DNA of 64,000 nucleotides from Octopus vulgaris (Eukaryota). The notes beneath the pieces are model-generated. The model worked only from the letters and a program-made list of their open reading frames with translations. It was not told the DNA's origin and did no database searches. The first letter of the stretch is position 1. Each line of letters opens with the position of its first letter. Both the position numbers and the translations under genes were made by a program. The stretch lies in the NCBI GenBank assembly GCA_951406725.2, contig OX597823.1, positions 93,062,001 to 93,126,000 of the forward strand. The letters run 5' to 3'. Below are positions 14,745-29,400 of the stretch, piece by piece.

Positions 14745-15351
14745 CGATGGGCTTCTTTTAGTTTCCAAATTCTGTCGCAAGACCTAAATCAGTGCGGGTT
14801 GCCACACAGAGGGATTGAACCTTGTACCACGTGGTTTGGAAGGCAACTTAGCAGCAAGCCACATTTCAATTTTTTGCAATAGAATCATATTTTTAAAAAT
14901 TCCATAAAGAATAAAGCTGGGTTTTAGCTATATGAGCTGTATCTCTAAATTATAAAACGCAAAATTCAAACACAGACAGATTATATGGGAGATAAACTAT
15001 GAAAGCGACTTGAAATCGACAGTTAATGTAATTTTAATCCACATACGTGGGCCTTGAATGTGTTAGAATCTTCAAACATATTCTGTAAGTATTGATCCAA
15101 GCTAAAAGTAGAATGTAACTAAGAAAATATGGAATCTCCTTATTAAGCCGAAGATTACCGTGAAACAAAGTTGTCTCATTGACATAGGCGCAGGCAGGAC
15201 TGTTTGGTAATAAGCTTGATCTGCAATCATAGGGCTATGTTGTTCAGTTCTACTGTGAGGTACACTAGTTAAATTTGCTTTACTGTTGATACGAGCCAAG
15301 AAATAATTTGTGAAATAAATTTATTATACAGAAACAGTGTGGAGTGCCGTC

Positions 15352-15397
<46 letters not shown>

Positions 15398-15484
15398 AAT
15401 CTCAAAAAGAAGAACAAGCACAAAACACAACGTGAGGACGTGGTACATGTAAAGTATTAGTAGGCGCTCGGGGAAAGAAAGACG

Positions 15485-15520
15485 GTTTAACGTTTCGAGC
15501 ACACGCTCATCTTCGGAAAC
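15485..15520 (-). ncRNA. minimal type I hammerhead motif (CCGAAGA core variant)
   Basis: Minus strand GTTT-CCGAAGA-T-GAGC-GTGT-GCTC-GAAA-CG-TT-AAAC. Confidence 0.6.
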
Positions 15521-15589
15521 AGAAGAAAACCAAGTGGAGGTGAAGACGGAGGAAGAAATCGCTATCGATTCACATGATATATATATATC

Positions 15590-15620
<31 letters not shown>

Positions 15621-15803
15621 TGTGTATGAGCATGGCTCGAAGTATATGCGGCGAGCTGTAAGTACTCTCCAAACATATTGACCCAGATGTTGCTGTGTGG
15701 TAAGAAGCTTGCTTTTCACCTGTATTGATTCGGGTTCAGTCACACAGCGTGGCACCTTAGACAAGCGTCTTCTCTGGAAGATGGAAACAGAAAGAAGCCC
15801 ATC

Positions 15804-15876
<73 letters not shown>

Positions 15877-16025
15877 TTCAAATGATTGATACTAGAAGAC
15901 GTAGTTTAACTAGAAGCTTGTAGTTTCAATCCGTCTTCTGTATCAGTCATCTAAAATATACCCTACGCACACCTCGGAATTCTGAACGTAGATCCAGCTA
16001 TGAACGCGCAGTAATGCTGATGAAG

Positions 16026-16087
<62 letters not shown>

Positions 16088-16649
16088 ACACTTATACACA
16101 CACACACACACACACTCACATACACATTACTCAATAGCAAATGATTATTATTGACTAATTGTGTATTACATTATTTATTGTTAAACCGTTATACATTTAA
16201 ACAATGTTGATATTTAATGATGATAGAATTGATATATAAACGGTTTTTCTCCGCCTGTCGACATTTTCCAAAGGCGTTGTGTAAATATTCCGAAAGATCA
16301 GTAGGTAGAATTTAAATTTGCTCTGTACAGGTTCAGTATGACTTCAGTTAATTGGTGATTGGGCGAGAATTTCAGAATTTGTAAGTTTTGACCATTATAA
16401 TGGAGGAAAATAAAGAATTGTTAAATATTCAGAATATGGAAATTGATGATACATATATAAAGATTGATCTTGTTATAAATAGAGATGATCTTATTGATTG
16501 AATAATAAAATATTATATTGATCTTTCAATTTCAAAATATTTATATTTAATGTTTATTAAAGGTGAAATTCCTATTTATATTTACTTCTAATCCTGTTCA
16601 TATTATTAGTCAATGATAGGATGAGAAAGACATAATTGTACCTGTAATT

Positions 16650-17037
16650 GGGATGGAAGCATTCCGTCGGTTACGACGACGAGGGTTCCGGTTGATCCGA
16701 TCAACGGAACAGCCTGCTCGTGAAATTAACGTGTAAGTGGCTGAGCACTCCACAGACACGTGTACCCTTAACTTAGTTCTCAGGGATATTCAGCGTGACA
16801 CAGAGAGTGACAAGGCCGGCCCTTTGAAATACAGGTACAACAGAAGCAGGAAGTAAGAGTGAGAGAAAGTTGTGGTGAAAGAGTACAGCAGGGATCACCA
16901 CCATCCCTGCCGGAGCATCGTGGAGCTTTTAGGTGTTTTCGCTCAATAAACACTCACAACGCTCGGTCTGGGAATCGAAACCGCGATCCTACGACTGCGA
17001 GTCAACTGCCCTAACTACTAGGCCAATGCGCCTCCAC
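16650..17037 (-). mobile_element. full-length SINE family C (tRNA-derived head) with 14-bp TSD
   Basis: Head GTGGAGGCGCATTGGCCTAGTAGTTAGGGCAG...GGTTTCGATTCCC. TSD TTGTACCTGTAATT at 16636-16649 and 17038-17051. Confidence 0.92.
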
Positions 17038-17584
17038 TTGTACCTGTAATTACTATACTAATGAATATAAATACTATTTTCTATTCATTTTTAATTGTTT
17101 CTCTCTGTGGACTGCGCCAATGCAACACCGACTTCAAGGGTTTTAGTAAATCAAACCGATCGCAGTAGGCGTAATCTTTTTTTTTTTTCTTTTTTGTGCC
17201 GAACCGCTTGGGTACAGAGACGCAAATAAAACAACACCGGTTGCCAAGAGGTGTCGTCGATGCCATTGTTAGTCTTCTTAACCCACAAATAAATTATATA
17301 TGTATGTGTGTTTATATGCATAAATTGTACGCACTCACACACACACAAACACATATATATATAAATATACTTATATGTATATATCTTTTATATTTTAATT
17401 GTTTCATTCATTAGACTAGGGTCATGCTAGAGCACAGTCTTTTACTCGAAAGGATCGACCCTGAGACATTTTTAAGCTTAATATCTATACTATCGGTGTA
17501 TTTTGTCGAACCACTAGGTTACAGTGACGTCAAAATAGGAGCAACAGTGTCAAGCATTGGTGTCAAACAAAGACAAACACACAT

Positions 17585-17651
<67 letters not shown>

Positions 17652-18514
17652 CTCGTGAATTTCATCACACACAACAGGGACCAAATTTCTTCTTAAGAAA
17701 AAATATGTAAGTAAAACATACTATCATGAATAGCGATAGCGAAACCGGTCGATATATTAAAAACTATATTAAAACTATGTAAGTGTGCTTATTTTCCTGT
17801 TTCAATTTCTTATATACATTACAACTCAACTCACCATGTGGGGATAATCGAAATTCCTATTTTCTGTTACTACTACTTTATATATATATATATATAGGGA
17901 GAGTTTACGAAAAAAACAAAAGACGAAGACAGGTGGTGTACAAAACAAACAGATGTATAAGTATAACGCTCAGGATTAGAAAAAGTATTTTACGTTTCGA
18001 GCCTACGCTCTTCTACAGATAGGGACACAGAAAAAAAGGAGAGAATAAAGGAGAGAGAAAAAAGAGAGAAAAAAACAAGGAGAGAAAATATATATACGAC
18101 AAGCTTCTTTTCGTTTTCCAAATCCATTCGCAAGGCTCTGGTAAGTAGATTTTGTAGAGGCTATAGTAAAATAGACTTGCCCGAAGTGCAATGTAGTGCG
18201 ACTGAACCCCGAACCATGAGGTTGAGAAGCAAACCACTTACCACACAGCCATGTCTGTGCCTTTATACATATGTGGGTATTTATGCATATATATATACAT
18301 GTTTGTGTGTGTGCATATATATTCCAAAGAGGGCTTTATATGTTATGATGATATTTTGACTGCTATATCTATGTTCCCATGGGGCTATAGCAGAAGATCT
18401 TTTACACAAGCTCTATGCAGGGTAATTCAAACCGAATTTCTATGAAGTGTCGGAGAAAATTGCTTCACCGCACAAGCCAGACCCCACTCAGTATGTGTGT
18501 GTGTGTATGTTATA

Positions 18515-18770
18515 TATTTTAATTGTTATAAATCTCCAACTGAGGAGGGAGCCGATTTCTGACAAACATACAACGCTCCATCTTTGGGATGTAGTTGCCA
18601 CAGGCAAATTCATATTTGGAACTTGAGAAGTGTCTTGCATATTTTTACTCTTCCACTCACAGATCGCACTTGTAATGTACGAATTAGTCGGACGATTTCT
18701 CTGTCTTAGAATCCCATTTTATCCTGGTTCTCCTTTAAGCATTTACTAACAAAGCCTAGTGCTTCAAGAA
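18515..18770 (-). mobile_element. 3' fragment of RLE non-LTR retrotransposon (same family as 26292-26758)
   Basis: ALGFVSKCLKEN..GF...SVSGRVKICKTLLKFQI* and 3'UTR CCTCCTCAGTTGGAGATTTATAA are shared with 26292-26758. Confidence 0.75.
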
Positions 18771-18935
18771 TATGAATATTAATCACATTACTGTAACCTA
18801 GTAGTTCGGCAAAATACGTCAACAGAATAAGTATATGGTTATGTGTATATATGTGTGTATGTATAACAGCATGTGAGTGTGTGTATGTGTAAGTAAGTTT
18901 TTTTTGTGCGTTTCTGTGTATGTGTGTCAATGAAC

Positions 18936-18978
<43 letters not shown>

Positions 18979-19146
18979 TAGGTAGATAGATAGATAGAAA
19001 CGCATATATATATATACATATATAGATAGGTAGATAGATAGATAGAAACCCATATATATATATATAATGTATATATATATATATATATACATACATATAT
19101 AGATAGATAGATAGAAAGACAGACAGACAAATATATAGATAGATAT

Positions 19147-19230
<84 letters not shown>

Positions 19231-20381
19231 GTATAAACCCAGACATAGGCAAAGCTGAATCGTTGACTTATAAGCCGGCCGTAACTGTTCATCGCCCAAT
19301 ATTTCTCTCGTTTCAATCGTAAATACTTCATAACTTCGACAACAGACAGCTGCCCAAACGAAAATAACCGTCAACAATGCTATTTTTCTCTATACATCGT
19401 CTCCTCTTTAACGAAACAGATTTCTCCATAATCATTCATATTAAATCCACCCAGAAACAGTTCTCAAAAGCCCGATAAACATCGCATTAATTAAATCCTG
19501 TTATGTCGTCCCTTTCTGCTTTGAAGGGAACGAGGTGTTAAATTCGTAGGAAATGGGTTTCTGTTTAAATGTCTTTTCATATTTATGTAATATGATTTAA
19601 TCCGAAACGGTGAACGCTCACCACGCGTTTACAATGAAATCAAATTAATATATAATTTAAGAGCGAATAAAGTGATTCGATAGATCCATATCCTTTGTGG
19701 CGTTGCCTGTTGATCAATGGAAAATTATCAGATAACTAAAATTGTCTGAGAAGCTACAATATTTATCAAGCGTTGATGTATATCTAAATACGCTAATAAA
19801 ATCCCAATGTTCTTGTATGTCATTTACATTACCATAAAATTTATTGGAACGAAACTACTCAGATTTATGTCTGTCGCCTTTAAGTTTTCTATGCAACAGT
19901 CGTCGGACACTTACGGTCATATTAACACCATTAATCAAAAGTTTGAATAGAAATTGAAAAGAAAGAGACAGGAAGAGCTGGGGTAGAGACGACGTGTCAT
20001 AGATAACGTTGCATATGGCGACAAATGGATTCCAATAAGACTTGCTGTTGATGAGTCATTGTTCTAGATCCCAGTATTCAATTGGTACTTATTTAATGGA
20101 CATCGAACGGGAAAATGATGAAGTTGACCATGGTGAATTTGAACTCAGATAATTAACTCCGAAAGAAGTACCGCTAAACATTTTGTCCAGCTTACCGATT
20201 CTGCTTGCTCGCCATCCTATGAGGTGAATATTAATAACAGAGGAATTGAAACAGAACTGGTGTGATTGATTTCACGTGCATAATGACCTTCCAAAGGACG
20301 CAGGAGAAGATAAATCCCCCCAAAAAAATTTGATCATCGAAATGAGATATATGAATAACACCACGTAGTACTTTCCATCGT

Positions 20382-20697
20382 TTATTTATTTATGCGCCCT
20401 TTTCAAGCGTAATCAGGATCATGGGCACGGTTTACCGGTTTCTGTGGCGTATGTGTCCCTCCCCAACTGGAAGGGACGCCAGTCCATCGCAGCGTTGTCC
20501 AAGAAACAGGTAGAAAGTGTGAGAGAAAGTTGGGGCTAAAGAGTACAACAGAAGTCGCCACCACCTCCTGCCAGAGCTTCGTGGAGCTTTAGGTGTTTTC
20601 ACTCAATAAACACACACAACACCCGGTCTAGGAATCGAAACCGCGATCCTCCGTCCGCGGGTCCGCTGCCCTAACAACTGGGCCATTGCGCCTCCAC
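20382..20697 (-). mobile_element. SINE family C head/core with a different 3' tail, ending in (TAAA)n
   Basis: Same head as 16650-17037. Imperfect TSD ACTTTCCATCGT / ACTTCTATCGT. Confidence 0.8.
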
Positions 20698-20901
20698 ACT
20701 TCTATCGTAGTAGAACTTTTCCTGTAAATTTCTACGATATTCTATTTAGATAGACTTTTTGGATGTGGATACGCATGACCTAGTGGTTAGAGCAGCGGAC
20801 TTGTGGTCGAGGAATCGCAGGTTCGAATCGCAGACAGGTAATGTGTGATTATGGGCGAAGCCCCTAAGCTCCACACGGCTTTTTTTTGTAAATTCTCACT
20901 G

Positions 20902-20933
<32 letters not shown>

Positions 20934-23137
20934 CGTGTGTGTGTGTGTATGTGTGTGTGTGTGTGTGTGTGATGTGTGCTGGTGCGTGTGTGCATATATA
21001 GTCCATATCAATTAGTCTGACAATATATTTGTTTCGCTTATAGCCCTTCGGGATTAGGGATTAAATATCTTATCTTCTCTAAAAGTTATCTTCCTATACT
21101 TTATCCTGCGCGGCCGAACGAAGCTTCTTTGGAAATTGGAACCCCTGGAATATGTGTGTGTGTGTGTGTGTGTGGTCGCGTGCGCGCGTGCGTGTGTGTG
21201 TGTGTGCGCGTGTGTGTGTGTAGATGGATGGATGGATATTGAAGCAACTACCCTTTAATATTACTCTCCACTTCTGTTGAAGAATCGTTTCCACCGGATC
21301 CATGTTTTCATCTTTATCATTTCTCAGGCTTGAACTATTTCTAATGATATTTTCATTGGCTTTTTTTCTCTCAATGCTGTATAACGAGGTGCAGATTATA
21401 AATTTCGTTTACTTTTTTTCTACAAAACAAGATTTTACTGAAAGATTGCAAGCAAAACCATTAACTCATAGTTACATTCCGTCTTCACTAGATTCCTGTA
21501 ACTCTTTGATGCTGCTACGGACTTTGTAACAGATTTATGATATGAAAACCAGACGTAATAGAATACCAAGTAAATATTACACTTACTAAGGGTGAAAATT
21601 AACAGCAACCATTTTTGATATATCTCTGGAGATTTATTTCAATTCTCTGCCAAATATTTCCGTATAATTATACACCAAACAAAATTTTGGAGCATTGACA
21701 CGCGAGGTTCAGTACACATGTGGCGTTTGAAAAGAACAACGACAACAACAACATCAATAGCAATCTTCGCAGAAGCAACATAAATGGCTGTACATAAACT
21801 GCGATACTAGAAAATCAGAAAGTAGCAGAAGCAAAAAGAGAAATAAGAATTAAAACAACAGGACCTCCTACGAAGGTTAACATTTATACAATTATTTTAA
21901 AATAACAATTTCCAGCAACCAAATATCTCGAAAATTATAGAGCCTCTAATACAAATAGCTACGAAATATATTATTTATCCAACAAAATCACCGATGTAAA
22001 ATGGAAACTGAGTTAAGAGAATAGTTACGGGAATATGAAACAGTTATATAAATAGAATATACATCAAAAAATAAACTTCATATACAATTTTGAAACTTCA
22101 ATTGTAAAACGTTTGGAAAGAAGGAAGGATTCTTTGGAGCCAAACCTCGTTGTTTATTAAGAAAATATTTTATAAAGATGAAAGAAGTATTACAGAACAA
22201 CCAGAGAGGAATAAGGAAACATCTACAACAAAATATAAATATATATAATAAATGAAAAATGCATGGTAAATAAATAACGATATAAAAAGCTGACACGCAT
22301 ACAACCGGATGGGAGAGAGACACTAAGGGTCACTAATTCTTCATCAGTCAGCAACCAAATGGTGATACAACTCCGGTTGTATACGTCTAGGCATTTTTTT
22401 ATCTGTCTGTTTATTTACTACGCATTTTTTCATTTTTTAAGGAATGGTAAGCACGTACACCACTTTTGTTAACAGTAAATTTATATATATATATATATAT
22501 ATATATAATGCCAAATGTGTCTATGCGGTTATTGACGATTTAATTCTATTTTCAGCATATTTGGCATTAGAAATTTTTTTTGTCCTTGTTTATAAGTTGT
22601 ATATATATATACTACTGCTGTTGCTACTGCCACAGCTAAGCTGCTACAACCAATGAGGTGCTGCAACCCCAACCACCACCATGATTACTACTACTACGAC
22701 AAACATTCACTGCTGCTACTGCCATTTCAGCCCCTGGTCATTCGGACACATAAGACAGCTAAAAACAACCACGTGGGTTCTGTTGAGACCAGTAAGGAAC
22801 AATTATGAACTTTTTTATTACACTTAACTATTTAGAATACTTTTGATAAGGTTCGTTTTTTTCAAGAAGAAACGAAACATTTAAAATTTCTAAGAAAATT
22901 AAAATTTATCTTATATAGTGGCGTTTTCAAACTTCTTTTTTATAAATATATATATATGAGTGTATATAAGTTATGTATGATCTATTCTGCTATAATTATT
23001 TAAACCCTTCCTCTATCATCAGATGTAGATAACGAAAATAATGTCACATTTTAAGTGTGAGAAAAGTCTTACATATTTTTACGGTTCCACTTATAGCGTA
23101 ATTCCTTTTCATAGAAACATTAGCTTACTCAAACTCA

Positions 23138-24306
23138 TTGGATCTTTTCTATTTTGAGGCCAGTTTTTTCAAATTTTTCCTACTGAACCAAACAATTTGA
23201 AACTTCGTATACTGGTAGAATGTGTCAAAAGTAAACTTAATTGTAAACTAGAATGAAAACGGAATTGTAACTTCTAAGTTTAACGTTGTTTAATAATTAG
23301 AATTTTAACCAATGATATTCCGTCATTCGACTTTATTTTATTTACTCCGTCTCGACCACCAATTTCGTGACGTATTTAACATCTTAAATGTAAACAAGTC
23401 AGCCACCTTCTAATAACAATATTTAAAACTAGTTAATAAGCCACATGTATTAAATTGAAAATGTTTCCATTCTGTATGTCTGCATGTATGTGTGTGTGTA
23501 TGTATGTGTAAGTATGTGTGTGTGTGTATGTATGTGTGTGTGTGTATGTATGTATAGCCGATTCATCGTAATCGTAATTACGATGAATTGGCCATACATA
23601 CATAGATACATACACACACACACATACATGCAGACATACATATACACATACACCGAGTAAAAAATTTCAGTTATCTCTCTCTTTCACACATTACTCTCTC
23701 TGTCTCTTCACACACACTAACAGAAGCACTTCACTTACACAACATACTGTCTCCCACACCCCATCAAACACAAACACACACACACATGTACATCAATGCT
23801 TCCCTAGACGGTAACTTCAAAGACAAACTTCCCTCGTCATAAAATCGCTTCCTCTTAGTCTCTTTCGCTCTCATTACTTATGTAAAAAAATAAAAGTTTT
23901 TTACGGAAATCGACGGAAAACTTGTGCTACGACAAGCGAAACTTCGCCGAAATTTAATATTAAAAAGCAAAGAGCTGGCAGAAACGTTAGCACGCCGGGC
24001 GAAATGCGTAGCCGTATTTCGTCTGCCGTGTTTGTTTACAGTTTTCCGAACGTTAGTACGTCACAAAAGCGCTTTCTACGTCACACTAATAGAATGCAGT
24101 CAAGTTTTACACATGAAAACAAACAATCTGATTGGTTAAAATTCGCAGTTTTAATCTACGATTAAAGTCATAAAATAGATTTTTCTCAAATAAACTAGTT
24201 CCAACCTGTGTCTTGTTTTGCTAGACTCTATCAGCATACGAAGTTTCAGATTATTTAGTTAAGTAGAAAGATCTGTGGTCCTGGCTTCAGAATAGAAAAG
24301 ATCCAA
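23138..24306. mobile_element. degenerate element bounded by long inverted repeats (MITE-like)
   Basis: TTGGATCTTTTCTATTTTGA..AAACTTCGTATACTGGTAGA..AATTTTAACCAAT is mirrored by ATTGGTTAAAATT..TCTATCAGCATACGAAGTTT..TCAGAATAGAAAAGATCCAA. Confidence 0.6.
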
Positions 24307-26291
24307 CTCATTTAGGTATGCACTTATTTTTGTTAAGTACTCTCTCTTCTTGACGAAGCACCATATTACAGGGACCTAAACACCCTAACACCGGTTGTCA
24401 AGTGGTGTGGAACACATACATATATATACATGCACACATACACACACAACCATACATACAAACACACACACAAACAAACGCACATACAAACACACACACA
24501 CACACACACACACAAGCACACCAACACAAATACAAACACAAACACATATATATTTTTAAAATTTAACAAAGTGACAACGAACGGAAACTTTTACAAAATT
24601 ATAACAAGCAGAAAATACGTAGCTTATTCCCCATCAGCCAACGTTCAAAATCTCATTACAATTTCGCTTCTTTAAAGTTGATATTGGTCATTCTTGGTAG
24701 AGCCAGTGGCGTAAAGTCACTGGGAATAACTAACGAAGATACGGGACATTGACGAAAACGAACGCAACACCGTAAAATATACATATACAGCAAAAGAAGA
24801 CATGCGGCTGCAGAGTGAAAATGTCCTGTAGTGCTGGAAACGATAGAAGGACAGATAGAACGTCAGAACAAAGTAAAGTATCGGGGAGGGAAAAAGAGAG
24901 AAAGAGAGGGAAGAAGGCAATTGCGAGGCAAAGAAAGAGAAAGAGAAAAATAGACGACGCACATAAAAAAATATATACCAAAAATACTTTACAAATGCGT
25001 TTTAAAAAGTCAGAAGTGCATAGCGTTGAAGAAATATTTATTTAAAAATTAAGAAAAGCACAGCAAACGGAAAATTAAAGTAGGGCTCCTTCAGTTTCCG
25101 TCAGATGAATCCCCTCAGAAGCAATTGGTCGGCTCGAAACAATAGTAGACGAACAACTAGCCAATGTTTCATGCAGTGGGACTGAACCCGAAGCCATGTG
25201 GTGAGGAAGTAAGCCTCTTACCACAGAGGGATAGGCGTTTTCTTCATAACTTTCATATAATATTACAAAACATATTCACGCAACAGATATTTAAAGGGCA
25301 AACAGTTTCATTTCATCAGTTGAATGATTGCAAAGGTTTAACTCAAAGTACTGGAAATATAAACCCTCCAATAATAACATATTGTACCCTACAAAACACC
25401 TGCGTATTAAGTCCTGTAGTTTCTCATTTTTCTGTGAATCCAAAGACGTATTAGTTTTGGTATGAGTCAAATTGTGTCTAATGGACAACATCATGTTCAT
25501 TTCTATTCCAAGACCACATTCACTCCATCCATGCATTTTTGGATCAGAGAATCAACTAACACACATCCCATTTCATCATACATTCAAAATATCGAGATAG
25601 ATATGAGAAAACAGCCAATACAGACATTCTCACCTCGTCTTTATTACCTGTTATCCAATATATCCGCAGAATTTTGCTTGGTTCGCTTTGTCCACCTAGA
25701 CAACCGCATTGGTTGAGGGAAAGGTCGTACACTAAGATTTGGTCAGTTATCATCGATATTTTATCAATAATGTCGTTTTCAATATAGTGTCTTTATGATT
25801 ATTTTAGATTAGATATCAGTGCTATTTCTGATTTTAGTCCAGCAACATTCAGGCATTACTGATATCCTTTCTGTCTTGATGTCTTAGTTGCTGGTCATGG
25901 AGTATTATTAATTTCATGGTCATTTTCTTTGTAATTTCTGACATTAAAGATAGCCGCTGCTTTTTGGCCACCATGTGTATTTTGATATACGTACCACAGA
26001 TGCACACATTCGAACATCCATCCATCCATGCATATATATATATACATATATTCATTCATATATACAGATATACATACATAAATACATAGATCCATCAATA
26101 CACTCATAATCAAACACACGTACATACATACATACATACATACATACATACATACATACATACATACATACATAGTTACATACATATATACATACATACA
26201 TACATAGTTACATATATATATATACATATATACATACATACATACATACATACATACATACATACATACAGGCATGCATACATACATACAG

Positions 26292-26758
26292 GAATATTGG
26301 TGGAATATTCCAATCAAAAAACTTCTATCAATGTAAACATAACAGGCCGGATATTTTTGTTTGGGACAGAGGGGCAAATTTATGTACCGTCATAGAGGTC
26401 AGCTGCCCTGCACATATAAATGTCTCTTTAAAAATCACAGACAAAAAGGATATCTATGGACAACTGCTTCGAAACAACCAGCTTCTATATCAAGACTATG
26501 AATTCATATTCATACCAATAATAATTGGAGCATTAGGTTTTGTTAGTAAATGCTTAAAGGAGAATCTGAATGAACTGGGATTTTCAGAAAAGGAATCCGT
26601 ACATTACAATTGCGATCCGTGAGTGGAACACTAAAAATATGCAAGACTTTTCTCAGGTTCCAAATGTAAATTTGTGCGAACTATATCCCAAAGATAGAGC
26701 CTTGAATGTTTGCTTCAAACCAGCTCCCTCCTCAGTTGAAGATTTATAATATTTAAAG
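26292..26758 (+). mobile_element. 3' fragment of RLE non-LTR retrotransposon (R4/NeSL-like)
   Basis: NRPDIFVWDRGANLCTVIEVSCP...YGQLLRN..FIPIIIGALGFVSKCLKENLNELGF...SGTLKICKTFLRFQM*; begins after (CATA)n. Confidence 0.8.
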
Positions 26759-28056
26759 ATAGAAGAGACACACATGCATACACACACACATACCTACCTA
26801 CCTACAAACACACATACTTACATACATACAATACGTAATTTGTTATGTATTTTACCGATACTTTCTCATAACGTATCAAGTTGAAGCAATAATTACAACC
26901 CTCTCGAAAAAAAAAGCAATTTTCTCCCCACGTCGTTTGAAGTCAAAAGAAACTGATGTATACATTGCAGACCATTCTATCATTTATATAATTGTTCACT
27001 GTATTTAAAAATCTCTGCAACTGTCTTTATATCACTTCAAGGATATAACAGAAAACAAAACTGAAGACAACTTGACTACTGGCCATTCCGCTGTCTGCCA
27101 GGTCTGTATCTGCTGTCAGATAATTTAATGCTGAAGTCAAAAGTTGTACAAGAATAGAAATACGATATGCCCTGATTACCATTCTTTACTGCATACGATT
27201 ACACATTGTATCGTTTATAAAAGACGTGATATACAATGACATACATTTACGATACACGTTATAAAATCGTGTGAGTCACCTTATTATTTGACCAAATGCA
27301 ATATAAACTGGTCGTTTGTTAGTCATATGATCTCAGACGTATCAATGAGAATTCTGACCAGCTGAAATCTAAAACACGGTAATGATAAAATAAAACGCAG
27401 ATAAAATTTCCTATATTTGAAACTTTACCAAATATATGAATACATGAAATCAATGTGCAATATAATATTTGTCATGTTTGCTTGGGGAACTTCATAGATA
27501 AAACTATTTAAATTAAATTTCTTTTGCTGGAGTGATCTGCTGAAAGTTATGAAGCAAATATGAGTGCTCTGATACAGAGTATTAGCGATATGTTTTAGCA
27601 AAATATACATTAAATTTATAAAGAATGTGTAAAATATAAATGCAAGTATGAGATACAAAGTAATATAGCTACTTAAATTGTAATTAACTCCTGTTTAGAG
27701 TAAAGATTAAATAGTGTCGTTCGTATTAGTACACAGAGAAGCGCGTGATGATGTCAATCAATATGTACACAACGAGTATGGCAGCAGGCTGCCAGAATCA
27801 TAGTCGCGCCGAAAAACTGCTTGGCGACATTTCTTCTGTTTTGTATTCAAATACCACGTGGGTCTACTATGCTATTAATCCTTTCGTGGTCAATGAAATA
27901 AGTACTAGTTGACTACTGGGGTCGATATATAACCGACATCCCACCTCCATCACAACTGATGGCCTTGTACCAAAATTTGAAGCCAGTCTGTTTATAGAAA
28001 GTAATAGAGCACATTATTTTTAATTAACGTCCGCACGAATGTACAATTTGGAATAA

Positions 28057-28184
<128 letters not shown>

Positions 28185-28383
28185 GTATATACTAAGTAAT
28201 TAAGGGTTTAGCAACGAATTGCCTCACCAACACACCGAATTTAGAAATAGCAGTCAAAGAGATATAGCTATTCCTTCTACTAAAAGGGGGATCTCAGTAA
28301 AAACACAGCACTTAAAAGGCAAACACAGACAGGTAAGAAAGAAAGAATGAAATGACGGCAATCCATCATGCAATTTTAAGTTA

Positions 28384-28475
28384 CCTACGGACGTACGTTT
28401 CGAGATCAAGTTTTAGGATATCATAAGAATTAGAAAATTCTACTTTACCCAGACTTCTTCTCTCATCGGCGCAGG
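28384..28475 (-). ncRNA. type I hammerhead ribozyme (copy 1, 585-bp unit)
   Basis: CCTGCG-CCGATGA-GAGA..TCTC-GAAA-CGTACG-TC-CGTAGG. Stem I 6 bp, palindromic stem III, GUC site. Confidence 0.75.
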
Positions 28476-28968
28476 ATACTACAATTGTGAATAATTGTAT
28501 ATTAAATTTTGAGATACTAGAATGCGTCATCTCAACTCAGTGTCAGAGCGAGCCAAAGCATGACCAGTACCACGAAATTCAAAGTTTGAATGAAAGTTTG
28601 TGTCACCAGCCCCCTTCCACCCGCGTGTAGCCAAGACAAAATGCTGTGGTCATTTACTGGGATAAAATATGGTTATCAGTAATAATCAGTGAAATTAATT
28701 AATTAGGGATAATTATCAATTACACCAAGTAGATTTCGGTATGTAAAAGCCCCATTCGAGGAAAATTTAAGTAATACTAAGTAATTAAGGGTTTAGCAAC
28801 GAATTGCCTCACCAACACACCGAATTTAGAAATAGCAGTCAAAGAGATATAGCTATTCCTTCTACTAAAAGGGGGATCTCAGTAAAAACACAGCACTTAA
28901 AAGGCAAACACAGACAGGTAAGAAAGAAAGAATGAAATGACGGCAATCCATCATGCAATTTTAAGTTA

Positions 28969-29060
28969 CCTACGGACGTACGTTTCGAGATCAAGTTTTA
29001 GGATATCATAAGAATTAGAAAATTCTACTTTACCCAGACTTCTTCTCTCATCGGCGCAGG
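28969..29060 (-). ncRNA. type I hammerhead ribozyme (copy 2, 585-bp unit)
   Basis: Identical to 28384-28475. Confidence 0.75.
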
Positions 29061-29336
29061 ATACTACAATTGTGAATAATTGTATATTAAATTTTGAGAT
29101 ACTAGAATGCGTCATCTCAACTCAGTGTCAGAGCGAGCCAAAGCATGACCAGTACCACGAAATTCAAAGTTTGAATGAATGTTTGTGTCACCAGCCCCCT
29201 TCCACCCGCGTGTAGCCAAGACAAAATGCTGTGGTCATTTACTGGGATAAAATATGGTTATCAGTAATAATAAAAGGGTGAAATTAATTAATTAGGGATA
29301 ATTATCAATTACACCAAGTAGATTTCGGTATGTATA

Positions 29337-29400
<64 letters not shown>

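Larger units (their letters stand above)
28189..29334 (-). repeat. tandem array, 585-bp unit, ~1.96 copies, non-coding, hammerhead-bearing
   Basis: ACTAAGTAATTAAGGG at 28191 and 28776. Copies are nearly identical and flanked by TA tracts. Confidence 0.95.

Noticed and set aside
22285-22355. GCTGA-CTGATGA...GTGTCAGC hammerhead-like remnant on minus
   Set aside because: Catalytic GAAA and stem II are absent; too degraded to call.
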